The position numbers and the translations under genes are program-made. A stretch of DNA of 64,000 bases, from contig NC_092394.1 of assembly GCF_030028105.1 (NCBI RefSeq), forward strand, positions 22,359,939 through 22,423,938, in the 5' to 3' direction. Source of the DNA: Mobula birostris (Eukaryota). Of the stretch, positions 49,860-63,384 are shown piece by piece (positions within the stretch are counted from its first letter, which is position 1; each line of letters starts with the position of its first letter). The notes beneath the pieces are model-generated. The model searched no databases. It saw nothing but the letters and a program-made list of their open reading frames with translations, and was not told where the DNA came from.

Positions 49860-51122
49860 AGACCATAAGACATAGGAGCAGAATTAGGTCATTTGGCCCA
49901 TTGACTGTTCTGCTATTACATCATGGCTGATTTATTATCCCTCTCAATCGCATGCTCCTATCTTGTCCCTGTGACCTCTGACCACAGGATTAATCAAGAA
50001 CCTATCAACTTCCACCTTAAGTATACCCAATAACTTCACCTGCCCAATCATCTATGGCAATGAATTCCATAGATTCACCACCCTCTTCCGAAAGAAATGT
50101 TCCTCATCTTTATACTAAGTGGATATCCCTCAATTCTGAGCTCTGCCTTCTGGTCCTAGACTGCCCCACTAGAAGAAACATCCTCTCCATATCCATTCTA
50201 TCTAGACTTTTCTATATTCAATAGGTTTCAATGAGATTCCTCTTCATTCTTCTAAATTCCAGCGAGTACAGGCCCAGAACCATCAAATACTCGTACTCCT
50301 CATGTGTTAACCCTTTCATTCCTGGGATCATTCTTGTGAACCTCCTTTGGACCATCTCTAATGCCAGCATGTATTTTCTTTGCTAAGGGGCCCGAAACTG
50401 TTCATAATACTCCAATCCAATCCCTTATAAAGCCTCAGCATTACACTCTTGTTTATGTATTCTAGTCCTCTTGAAATGAAGGCTAACATTGCATTTGACT
50501 TCCTTAGCACTGACTCAATCAGTAATTTAACCTTTAGGGAATCCTGCACAAGGACTCCCAAGTCCCCTTGCACCCTCAATTTTTAAATTTTCTTTCCACT
50601 TAGAAAATGGTCCATTTCTTTATTCCTTCTGCCAAAGTGCATGATCATACACTTTCCTACACTGTATTCCATCTGGCACATCTTTATCCATTCCCCTAAT
50701 CTGTCCAAGTCCTTCTGCAGACAACCACTTCCCGATCACTATCTGTCCCTCCACCTATCTTCGCATTATTTGCAGCACATAGGCAGCAATTTCTTCATCC
50801 AAATCATTGATATATAATGTGAAAAGAAGTGGCCCCTACACTGACTCCTGTGGCACACCACTCATCAATGGCAGCCAACCAGAAAAGGCCCTCTTTATTC
50901 CCGCTCTTTGCCTCCTGCCAGTCAGTCAGTCGTCTATCCATGCCAGTAGCTTTACTGTAATGCCATGGTCTCTTACCTTGTTAAGTAGCCTCATGTGTGG
51001 CACCTTGTCAAAGGTCTGAAAATCCAAATAAACAACATCCACTGACTCTCCTTCGTCTACCCTGCCTATTATTTCCTCAAAGAACTCCAACAGCATGGTC
51101 AGGCAAGATTTTCCCCTTTAGA
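49860..51122 (-). mobile_element. CR1 RT/3' fragment nested in an older CR1 (~49740-51430)
   Basis: ORF 50358-50579 (DLGVLVQDSLKV...LAFISRGLEY) and a 3' tail cttatggtctt at ~49858-49870. Confidence 0.8.
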
Positions 51123-54100
51123 AATATAATTATACCTGGTTCTACCACCTCCTTAGGCAGCTTTTTCCACATGTCTACTGACCTCTGTGTGAAAAACAGA
51201 TCTTTAAGTCTTTCCCTCTTGCCTTAAATCATCGCCCTCTGGTTTTAAATTTCCTGATCCTAGCAAAAAGAAACTCTCTATTCTCTTCAAATTTGTCAAC
51301 ATTTATAAGGTCACTTCCCAGCCTCCTTTGCTCCAGGGAAACCAGTCCCAAACTATCCAGCCTCTCCTTACAACTTAAGCCCTCCAGTCTTGGCAATATC
51401 CTTGTGGATATTTTCTGCACATTTACCATTGTCAAGCATTAAAGCATTGTCAAGCATCCTTGTAATAAAAGAAAAAGCAAATAAAAACTGCAGATGCTAC
51501 CAACGTGAAATAAAAAACACAATATGGTGGAAATACTTAAAATGTCAGTGACATCCACATTCTGGGAATGAGCAAAAGAAAAAGCTAAGATTAAGTATCT
51601 GGTGATACTAAATTTCAGCACAATCCATTTTAGACTCTTGTCTTTTAAGAGTTATTGCCTAATTTTCTGCCATTATCTTTGCGGTGATGATGATAGAGGC
51701 AAATTATTTGTATCCCCAAAGAAAACTGCTGCAAAAGAAACAGAAAATGCTGGAAATACTCAGCAAGCCTGGCAACATGTGCAGAGAGAGAAGCAGAGTT
51801 AGTATTTCAAGTCCATGGTCTACAGTCAGAATCCAGCTACAGAGCATTTCAATCTAAAAGTATGTGACAGACTTGGCATACATGGTAAGTTCTCGTGAAT
51901 CCAGCAATGGATTCTACTTGAATGCATATTTTTCTTCTAAATTATCTCTGTATTTATGTGACATGGTGGAATGATTTGGCAACAAAATATGCTGAGTTTT
52001 GGAACATAGGTTCTAAGTTAGTCTCTGAACTATAGGATGACAAATCTCAGTTCTGTTACAACAAAAAAAAAATACAGTGCTAAGGCCGATGTTTACTTGG
52101 ACAGAGAATTGTTAAGAAAAATCCTTGAATTTTATTGGATTTCTTTCCCATCTAGCTCATAGTCCAGGTACGAAGGACTAACTGAAGAAAATATTGTGAT
52201 TAAATGAGAAAAGTTTGCTTTAAAAATAACTCAACCAACTTTAGCTGGGATTAACAGGGATCCTAATAATTACAATGCTCACTTCACTGAAGGTAAGGGC
52301 TGATGGTAACAAGCAACTGCTGCTGCGAACTGACGTCTTTATGATACTGATGCCATAATATGAAATAAATTACAAGAATCAAATTGGGCACATTCCAATC
52401 ACAGAAAATTGCAACATGGAATGACTTCCAGCAACCTTCCAGGCTGGGTTAGCAATTTTACTCTCTAAAATTTCATTATATATATGTTAATTTTATGGTT
52501 CAACAGAAAAAAGTTATTTATATGAGCATTATTCCAAATGTTTTGAGTTTCACATTTTCTGATTAGTGTCCTATCACTTATTGATGTTCCCTTCCACCTA
52601 AACCCCAGGCAGTTATATTTTTGATTCGGTACCATCCTAACGAGTCACATCAGTTTGCAAGCAAAAGCACCAAACCGTACACTTGGATATACAGCTGCAA
52701 GGTTTATTTTTGCATTAAGTCCACCATAGAGCTTCCACGAGGATTGATAAAAATTTAAACTGGCCTGAGGTGCATCAGTTTTGTCTTAAGATTTTCAGTT
52801 GAGGGAGCCATGGAGGCTAACAAATCCTACAGTGACAATTCTCAATCCAGTGAACCTAATAACTTGCTGTTCTCACTCTATACTCATGGATGCTTGCAAG
52901 CAAAATTGTGAGCTGAACTTAGAATACAGTGAGCATTTTAATAATTAGGATTGATGTTACCTTATAAAATAGGTTCTACTTTGAAGAAAGATTAAAAAAA
53001 AACAAAATGAAGAATCCTGATGAAAGATGCTATGGTCTCAGGGACATTGAATGACTTGCTTAACAAGGCCAACATGAGGACTACAGACTCTCATACAGAT
53101 GGAGCAGCGGGTGTATTCCTTACAGTATCAGAATTAGGTTTAATATCACTGGCATAGGTCATGAAATTTGTTGTTTTGCGGGAGCAGTACATTAAAATTA
53201 TAGTAGGAATAATATCAGTAGTAGTAAAAACTATAAATTACAATAAGAAGTAGTATGTAAAAACAAATTAAATAAGTAGTGCCAAAAAAGAGGAAAAATA
53301 CCTAAGAAGTGTTTGTGGTTTCCTTGTCCATTAACAGAAATCAGAAGTTATCCATTTCACTGCACGTGCATAGCTTTTATGTCCTTCTCATGAGCTTTGA
53401 AAACCTCCTTCTCCACTGACTCAATTAAAGATGTTGCATCTTTTTAACGAGGCTTTGAACACATTCTTTGTAAGCTCTGCCTATGGCAAAAGCATGCTCT
53501 AATGATGGGTGGGATAAAATTCTCCTTATCACTCTTCATCAAATGATTTAGAAAGTTAACTGGCTGCTTTTCTCTCCTTGCCTTACCAGGACCCTTCATA
53601 ATTTTGAACTTCTCTGAGATTACAAATAACCAGAGACAGTAAAGAAAATAAAGACTTTTACCTTCTCCATCCCCTTTTCGAAGTAATGCCTCTCTTCAAA
53701 ACAATTATGTATTCCTGTTCTCATTCTGTTCTTTCTGAAACAATTAACTCAAAACTGAATACACTACTGATTTGTACAGCAATACCAAGCATTGAGTCCA
53801 ATAGGCATCTGCTTTAAAAAGGAGTTCCTTGTTTACGGCGTCCCAAGATATCATAACTAATGGAAAAAATGGCTCACTAATTGAGAAAACAAATCTTATC
53901 TCTTATTGCTTTAAGTATAAGTGAATAACAGAGAGAAGCCTGGATTTTTTTTTTTGCCACTAAACTGACAGACTTTTAAATTAAAAGAAAACAATAATCT
54001 CTTAGGCAAGTTACATAAACTTAAATTGTAAAAGGCAGCTACTTAAGTGTGCCTTTAATTTTTTCTCTTATTGAGCAATTTTATAATTCTAAGTTAGCAG

Positions 54101-54564
54101 TCTAACAACCAGTTGATGTATACGTCCTCCTTTTCCACTGCAGGGAACACGATGGAAAAATGCATAATTCACCATTCAAGTGGTCACAAAAGGAGTATTA
54201 TCTGAGTCCCTAGTCATGCACAACAAAAACATTTTTCCTTGCTTTCAAAGGTATATTTGAACCAACAATGAAAAAATGATCAATCACATGCACATTTCTG
54301 CATTACAAGAAGCCAATTAATTTATATTCCAGAGGTAATTTTCCACCACTGTGAGCTTCTAATTAAGAAATCATACATTTACTTGGCTGCTTTCTAATTA
54401 ACCTGGCCATCCGCTTAAGAACAATTAGCTCCTAATTGACTCTGCAATTAGACCTTGTGATCTTAGTGGGACACAAAGGTAAACATTGCTTCATTTTTAG
54501 CAGAAGATTAATATATTATAAAGTATATGATAGGAAGACAATTGTCATTAAACTTGATTCTTCA

Positions 54565-57500
54565 ATCCCTGATGATTACACCTGCCAGAAGTGCATCTAG
54601 CTGCAGCTTCTAATAGACCGTGTTAAGGACTTGGAACTGGATGAACTCCGGATCATTTATGAGGCTGAGGTGTTGATAGACAGGACATAGAAGGAGGTCA
54701 TTACACCCAAGGTGTAGGATGCAGGTGACTGTCTGGAGGTGTTAAGGGGATAGGCAGCCAGTACTGAGTACCCCTGTGGCATTTCACTTCAGCAACAGGT
54801 TTCACCTTTGAATACTATTGGGGGAATGACCTAGCAGACGAAAGTCACTGCGGTCAGGTGTCTGGCACTGAGTCTGGCTGTGTGGCTCAGAGGGGAAGTG
54901 GAGAGAAGGGGAGTGCTGTAGTGATAGGGGATTTGTTGTTTAGGGGTACAGAGAGGAGTTCTGTGGATTAGAACAAAATTCCTGGGTGCCAGAGTCAGGG
55001 ATATCTCAGATTGAATCCACAGCTTTTTTTAAGTGTGAGGGTGAGCAGCCAGAGGTCATGGTCCATGTTGGTACCAATGAATTGTGTAGGAGGAGTGGCA
55101 ATCTGCTGCAAAGTGAGTTCAAGGAGTTAGGTCCGAAGATAAAGGGCAGGACATCCAGTGTTGTGTTCTCAAGAATGCTACCCATGCCACATGCTAGTGA
55201 GGTCAGAAATAGGAAGATCATTCAGTGTAACATGTGGCTAAGGAGTTGGTGCAGGAGAGAGGGCTTCAGATTTTGGATCTTTGGGTTTTCTTCCTTGGGA
55301 GGTGGGACCTCTACAGAAGAGCACCTGAAATGGGGAGGACTAATATCCCAACAGGAAGGTTTACTTGTGCTGTACGCAGAGGTTTAAACTAGAGTTGGAG
55401 GGCAATGGAAACCAGAGTACCAGAACAGGACGTGGAGTGGTTGTGGAGAAATATGTTGTTAAGCCTACATACAAAGTCAGGAATCAAAAGGTTGAGCGTG
55501 GTGGGGCTGATGTTCTGAGCTATGTATAGTTCAATGCAAGGAGTATTGTGGGAAAGACAGATGAGCTTATGGCATAGATCAGCACATGGAATTATGACAC
55601 TGCAGCCATTAGTGAGACTTGGTTGCAGGAGAAGCTGGTCTGGCAGCTCAGTGTTCCTGGGTTTCATTATTTAAGATGTGATAGATTGAGAAGGATTAAA
55701 GGGGGAGGCGTGGCATGACAAGTCTGGGAAAATCACCACAGTACTCAGTCAGGGCAGACTGGGGAGCTTGTCTAGTGAGGCTTTATGTGTAGAAATGAGG
55801 AATAAGGAAGGTATGACTACATTAATGGGATTATATTATGGACCACCCAACAGGATTTAGAGGAGCAAATTTGTCGAGGGATCACAGACTGTTGTAAGAA
55901 ACACAAGGTTGTGATAGTAGGTGATTTTAAGTTTCCACATACTGGGACTCCCATACTGTAAAAGGGCTGGATGAGAAAGAGCTTGTCAAATGTGTTCAGA
56001 AAAGTTTCCTTAACCAGTACACAGAAGTCCCAACTAAAGAATGTGTGATACTAGATCTCCCATTTGGGAATGAAACAGGGTAGGATATAAAAGTTTGTGT
56101 AGGGGAGCACTTTGCATCTAATGATCATAATCCCCTTAGTTTCAAGGTAATTATGGAAAGGGATACGTCCAGTCCTTGGGTTGAGACGTTAAATTAAAGA
56201 AAGGCCAATTTTGATGGTATTAGAAAAGATCTGACAATTCCGAATTGGGATAGATTGTTTTCTGACAAAGGTGTACTTGGTATGTGGGAGGTCTTCAAAA
56301 GTGAAATTTTGAGAGTACAGAATTTTTATATTCCTGTCAGAATAAAAGGCAAGGACAACAGGTTTAAGGAACATTGGTTTGGGAGATATTGAGACCCTAG
56401 TTTAGAAACAAGAGCTGCATAACATGTATAGGCAGGCAGGAACAAATGAGGTACTTGAATAGTATAAGAAATGCAAGAAGGAAATCGAAAGGGCTAAATG
56501 AAGGCATGAGGTTACCCAAGCAGACTAGGTGAATGAGAATCTGAAGGGCTTCTACAGATACAGTATATTCAGAGCAAAAGGATAACAAGGGACAAAATTG
56601 GTCCTTTGAAAGATCAGAGTGGTAATCTATGAGTGGAGCCAAAAGAGATGGGGGAGATTTTCAATTGATTTTTTGCATCTGTATGCCATTTGAGAGATGG
56701 ACACAGATTCTATAGATGTGAGGCAATGCAGCAGTGAGGTCATTGACCCTATACAATTACAGAGGAGGAGGTGTTTGCTGTCTTGAGGCGGGTAAATCCC
56801 CAGGGCCTGACAATGTGTTCCCTTGGACCGTGTGTGATGCAAAAACTGAAATCACAGGGACTCTATCAGAGATATTTTAAACATCCTTAGCCATGGATGA
56901 GATGCCGGAGGATTGAAGGATAGTTAGTGTTGTTCCATTGTTTAAGAAAGATTCTAAGAATAAGCCAGGAAATTATAGGCCGGTGAGCCTATAATCTTCA
57001 GTAGTGGGAAAGTCTTTGGAAGGTATTCCAAGGGACTAGATATATACAGTAAGTATTTGGATAATTAGGGACAGATTAGGGATAGTCAACATGGCTTTGT
57101 GTGTAGTAAGTCATGTCTAACTTATAGAGTTTTTTCAGGAAGTGACCAGGAAAGTTGATAAAGCCAAGGCAGTGGATGTTGTCTACTTGGACTTTAGAAA
57201 GGCCTTTGACAACCCAAATGTAAAGATAGTAAAGAAGGTTTAATTGCTTGGTAGTAAATTCGATTCGATCTTGGCTTCACAGAACAAACTGAAGAGTGGT
57301 TCTAGATGGTTGTAGACCTGTGACTAGTGGTTTACCACAGGGATTGGTGCTGGGTCTGTTGTTGTTTGGCATCCATATCAATGACCTGAACGATAATGTG
57401 GTAAACTGAGTCAGCAAATTTGTGGATAACAGCAAGATTGGGGGTGTAGTGGACAGTGAGGAAGACTATCAAAGTTTGCAGTGAGATCTGGACCAACTGG

Positions 57501-58390
57501 TGAAATGGGCTGAAAATGGCAATTGTTATTTAATCAGACTAGTGTGAGGTGTTGTACTTTGGGAGGAGAAACAAGGTAGGTCTTAAACAGTGAGCAGTAT
57601 TGCACCGAGGAGGGCAGTAGAGAGAGGGAACTGGGAATACAGATCCATAATTCCTTGAAAGTGGCACAACAGATAGGGACATAAAGAAAGCTGTTGGCAT
57701 ACTGGCCTTCATAAACTATATACTAAGTGCAGGAGTTGGGCTGCTATGTTGAAATTGTTATGTTGGTGAGTCCTAATTTGGAGTGTACTTTATACTTTAT
57801 TGTCGCCAAACAATTGATACTAGAATGTACAATCATCATAGCAATATCTGATATTGAATGTTGTGTTCAGTTTTGGGCACCTATTTGCTACAAAGATGTA
57901 CAGTAAGTAAGATGGAAAGAGTGCAGAGAAAATTTACAAGGTTGTTGCTGGGACTTGAGGGCTTGGATTACTGGGAAAGGTTGAATGGGTTGGGACATTA
58001 TTTATCAGAATGTAGAAGATTGAGGAAGTATTTGATAGAGGTATACAAAATTATGAGGAGTGTAAATAGGGTAAATGTAAGCAGGCCTTTACCACTGAGG
58101 TTGGGTGAGACTACATCTAGAAGTCATGAATTAAGGGTGAAAGGTGAAATGTTTAAGGGGAACATGAGGGGAAACTTCTTCACTCAGAGAGTGGTGAGAG
58201 TGTGGAATGAGTTGCCAGTGCACATGGTTGATTTCAACATTTAAGAGAAATTTGGATAGGTACATGGATGGGAAGGGAATGAAGGACTATAGTTCAGGTG
58301 CAGGCTGAAAAGGTTAGGCAGATTAATGGTTCAGCTTGGACTAGATAGGCCAAAGGGCCTGTTCTGTGCTGTAGCAGTCTATGGCTTTGA
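54565..58390 (+). mobile_element. Near full-length degenerate CR1 with ORF1 (Zn-finger + SGNH esterase) and ORF2
   Basis: PDDYTCQKC at ~54568. Esterase motifs VVIGD and VMVHVGTNE are present (the latter in ORF 54986-55387). APE and RT remnants run to RGNFFTQRVVRVWNELP (ORF 57858-58244). Confidence 0.88.
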
Positions 58391-59288
58391 TTCTAATCAT
58401 TGGTACACAGCAGGAGGGATGTCCTATTGTAATTATGAACAACTTTGATAAGAATGACCACACCTTCAGTATTGTGTGCAGTTTTGAGACCTTAACTGAG
58501 GAGGGATGGTTTTGCTATGAAGGGAGGGAAGAAATTGTTCAGCAGAGTGACTGATGAGTGAAGAGATATGAAATTACCTCGATGAGAATTGAGAACAATG
58601 AGAGGGAATTATTGGATACATGAGATATGTGAAGCACGTTCCTGATGGTGATAGAAATCAAGACCAGAAGCCAGAGTCTAGGGATAAATCGTAAACTATT
58701 TTTGACTGAACTTAGGGAAAATTTCTTTATTCAGAATGTTGTGAACCTGTAAAATCTTCTGCTGGAGAAGGCAATTGAAGTTATATCATTAAATCTATTC
58801 AAGGATTTAGCTCCAGTTCTTAGGGATAAGGTCAGGGGAAATGTGAAGACAGTAGGAATAGCCTGGTGAATTTGGATGATCAGACTTGATTGTGTTGAAT
58901 AGCTTTTATTGCCCCTAATTTTATGCTGTTTCCAGTGAGCAATATTACAGGGGAAATCTGACTTATAAAAAACACTCTTAGCACATCTTTGACAAGCTAT
59001 GAGTTTTCCGAATTGATCTACTATAAACCAATGTTAAGGGTGGTCTAGTTAGTTAATCATAATTGTAGCTGTGCTTTTGGCTTATTGAGGGGATCTCATT
59101 GAAACCTATTGAATATTTGAAGGCCCAGATAGAATGGATGTGGAGGGTATGTTTTCTATAGTGGGGGAGTCTAGGACTAGAGGGCACAGCCTCAGAACAC
59201 AAAGACATCTCTTTAGAGCAGAGATGATGAGGAATTTCTTTAGCTAGAGGGGGTGAATCTTTGGAATCAATAATGTGGAAACTAAGTC

Positions 59289-60820
59289 ATAAGACACAGA
59301 AGCAGAATTGGGTCATTTGGCTCATTGAGTCTGCTCTGCCATTCAATCATGGCTGATCCTTTTCTCCCATCCTCAGCCCCACTCCCCAGCCTTCTCCTGT
59401 GGTAACAAGTTCCACAAATTCACCACCCTCTGGCTAAGGAAATTTCTCCACATCTCTGTTTTAAATGAACCCCTCTCTATCCTGAAGCTGTGCTTTCTTG
59501 TCCTAGACTCACCCACCATGGAAAACATCCTTTTCACATTTACTCTGTCTAGGCCTTTCAACGTTCTAAAGATTTCAATGGGATCTCCCCTCATCCTTAT
59601 AAATTCCAATGAGTACAGATCTAGAACCATCAAACGTTCCTCGTATGATAGCCCTTTCATTCCCAAAATCATCCTTGTGAACTTCCTCTGAACCATTTCC
59701 AGTGCCAGCACATCTCTTCTTAGATGAGGAGCCAAAAATTGTTCACAATACTCAAGGTGAGGCCTCACCAGTGCCTTATAAAGCCTCAGCATCACATCCC
59801 TGCTCTTATATCCTAGACCTCTTGAAGTGAATGCTATTATCATCCTAGGGTGTTCTGCACAAAAGAGTCCCAAGTGCCTTTGCATCTCAGATTTTTGGAT
59901 TTTCTCCCTGCTTATAAAATAGTCTGCACAGTTATTTCTACTACCAAAGTGCATGACCATGCATTTTGAACATTGTATTTCATTTGCCACTTTCTTGTCC
60001 ATTCTCCTAATCTGCCCTTATGCAGCCTACCTGTTTCCTCAACTCTACCTGCCGCTCCACCAACTTTCATATCTAGAAAGTTGGCTACAAAGCCATCTAT
60101 TCCATCATCTAAGTCATTGAAGTAGATCATAAAAAGAAGTGGTCTTAACACAGACCCCTGTGGAACACCACTAGTCACTGGCAGCCAACCAGAAAAGAAT
60201 CCTTATTCCCACTTGCTGCCTCCTACCAATCAACCAACGCTCTAAGTTACATGCAAGTAACTTTTCTGTAATACCATGGGCTCTTCACTTGGTAAACAGC
60301 CTCGTGTATGGCAACTTGTTAATGGCCTTCTGAAAATCCAAACACACAACATCCACTGCATTCCCTTTATCTATCCCACATGTAATCTCCTCAAATATTT
60401 CCAATAGGTTCATCAGGCGAGATTTTCCTTTAAGAAAATCATGCTGGCTTTGTCCTATCTTGTCCTTTGTCACCAAGTCCCCAATAACCTCATCCTTAAC
60501 AATTGCCTCCAACATTTTCCCAAACACTGAGGTCAGGCTAACTGGTCTATAATTTCCTTTCTGCTGCCTTCCTCCTTTTTTAAAGAGTGGAGTAACATTT
60601 GCAATTTTCCATTCCTCTGGCACCATGCCAGGGACCAATGATTCTTGAAAGATCATTACTAATGCCTCCTCAATCTCTATCGCTACATCTTTCAGAACTC
60701 AAGGGTGCAGTTCATCTGGTCTGGGTGACTTGTGTACCCTTAGGTTTTTCAGTTCTTTGAGCACCTTCTTCCTTGTAATAGTAACTGCACTCACTTCTCT
60801 TCCCTCATACACTTCAAAAT
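59289..60820 (-). mobile_element. CR1 RT/3' fragment inserted in a + strand CR1 3' end (~59085-60975)
   Basis: ORFs 60285-60656, 59912-60178 and 59373-60002 carry CR1 RT motifs. The host CR1 resumes at ~60822. Confidence 0.88.
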
Positions 60821-62119
60821 TTATATTTACAACAGATTGATTAATAAGGGGGTCAAAGATTATGTCAAGGCAGGAGAATGGGGTTGAGAGGGATGATAAA
60901 TCAGCCATGATGGACTGGCAAAGCAGACTCTAAGGGCCGAAGGAGCAAAATTAGGCCATGTGTCTTACAGTCTTAAATCAGAAATACTGACAATGTAGAC
61001 TGAGTATTTCCTCCTCTTCTTCCTTTGCTGCTTTAGAACAATTGACTTTGCTATCCAAAAATTTGGTAGTTGGATTTTCCATTTTATGGCAAGTTAAAGG
61101 CCTACTGTTCTCTAAAGTATGTACATTTCTCCTCCTGAGATCAACTCATGCCAGTTGTCAATTCTACAAGATCTCTGGTGGCCAGCAACCGTAATATGAT
61201 TAAGGTGTCATGGAGGCAATCATATTGAGCAGCAAACAATAATTAATACAGCAAACTGGGGCAATAAAAAAAGTTCTTAACTAATACCCTAAACATTTTA
61301 CAGAGGACAGATACAAAGATTGATGTTGAAGCTGAAATACAATGTTAAGCTTCCTTAAGGTTGTTATAGCCTGGGGTGGTACTAGGGATAAGCTCCCACT
61401 ATCTATTAAATGCTCCCAATGGCATGCATCTCAAGTTGCCTCTGACAACCAAATATAGCTCCTGGCCTTCACGTGTGGCTTAGCTACTAAGCCCAGCGGA
61501 ACCATTTCTACTGACAGAAGGGGCAAGGACAGGTGACCGGTGCCTTAAAACCAATCACTTCTGACAGATGGGGCTCATCTGCTGTGGTTGACAGCTCATC
61601 AATGAGAAGGAAAACTCTGATCTCAACTCTGCTGTCTTGCGGCTGTATCCATTCATTGTGAAGGCTTCGGGAGTAAATCTCGAGGGGAAAAAAAATCTGG
61701 AACTGGAGTCCCTAAGACTGTCCGACATTGATTTTAACACTGATTGGCAACTCCTGTGACATCGCTGGTGCCAAAGTGTATTGGCCTCTGCCATTGCTTT
61801 GGATGCATCAGCTGTGTGGAGAAGGGGAATGTGCTACATGAGCAACAGCTTTCCCTCCATATAACCCTAGCCTGGTTTGTGTATCATGTAGACAGCTCGG
61901 ATGCAACATCCATGGTCGACCCTGACCAACTGACACCCTCAGAACAATATTAAATATATTTAAATTTTTTTAGGTAATTGTATTCCATGTGCAAGAAATG
62001 TATTTTAGTAGAGATCGAAGGTTTGTAAGATCTAGTTATAGCTAGAAATACAAAATATTGTCATGTATACCTTATGGAACATTTTCAGGGTATTTACAGC
62101 AAAATAATTAAGGCAAGGA

Positions 62120-62305
62120 TCACATAAGAAATTCAGCAGATGCAGGAATTCTTGAGAAACACACACAATGTTGGAGGAACTCAGCAGTTCAGGCAGCATC
62201 TATGGATAGGACTGCTGTAGGGTGTAGGCTCGAAACACTGAGTTTATTCCTTGCCATAGGTGCTGCCTGACCTGCTGAGTTCCTTCAGCACTTAGTGTGT
62301 GTCAC
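62120..62305. mobile_element. Penelope-derived fold-back mini-element with 11-bp TSD
   Basis: Inverted arms ~62160-62205 / ~62254-62302 and TSD taaggcaagga (62109-62119, 62306-62316). Confidence 0.8.
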
Positions 62306-63384
62306 TAAGGCAAGGAACAAGTAAATACCCGAATCTCTTCAGATTACCAATGTTCTTCGATTATCTTAGAGAAGGACACAAAACAGCAACAGCCTACAAG
62401 AAGAGCTCTGAATCATTGACAGCAATTTTGGCATCAGGCGAAACAATACAAATTTAAATTTAAATTGCTGCCAATTTTACCATGATGACAGTGAAGATTG
62501 CAATTGTAATGACAGTGAAACTGTCAAAGTATTGGCCAATTTATAGTTTACAAGTTCCTAAAAAATAAGGTAGTTGTCATGCGTTTCCTCCCTTGTTGAT
62601 AGAATTAGTATCACAGATAAGAAACAAGCTTCATGAATATTTCTGTTTTTAATATGTGACACTAGCAGACACTCTGCAGGTAGTTCATTCACCTTTCACC
62701 ACTCTGAATATCACAGTGTTAATAAGTGTTTCAAGAAATCTGGATCTAAATCTCAAGTTTCTCTGTTAAACGTAACACTGGTAAGATGAAGCACAGCAAG
62801 AAACCCAAACGCAAACATATGGATCTATTGGACCATCATTTTGATATTATGTTAAATCCTAACTTTACTTGCGAGGAAAAGATAACTCCCATCATAGTGG
62901 TATTTACTGCATGACTAACAGAATATTCTATGGAAGAACAAGAATATATGACTTTACATGCAATTCTCAATATTGCAAAACTGTTTTGACCACTTTTGCA
63001 GAGGCCAGATGTTGTCTTTCAGTATGTCGCTGTCATTGTAAACAAAAAACAGAGTTATTCCCAGTGAACAAGAGCTGTGTCAGCTGCCCACTCTCTTAAC
63101 TCTGCAACATGCACTTTGGAGCATCATCTCCAGTGAGTATTAATTCTCTGCTTTTTCCCCTACTGTTCTTCGCTCAGCAGAATGTGACTTTCTGTTGTTT
63201 AGGCATCAAGGCAGTTTTGAAAAATCTGCATACATCATGGAGAGAGAGAGAGTTGCTAGGCCTTCTGTGTTCCCTCTACCCACCACTAATTCTTTACATC
63301 ACAAATCTTTTGACCTAATGTGGGAGTAACATTGTTCTATTTCCACCCATAACCCCCCCCCCCCCACCTCCATTCAAATCGTGA

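Noticed and set aside
53655-53740. Minus-strand exon-like segment (tttcag ... AAG|gtaaaa)
   Set aside because: Short, with no recognisable peptide and no partner exons found.
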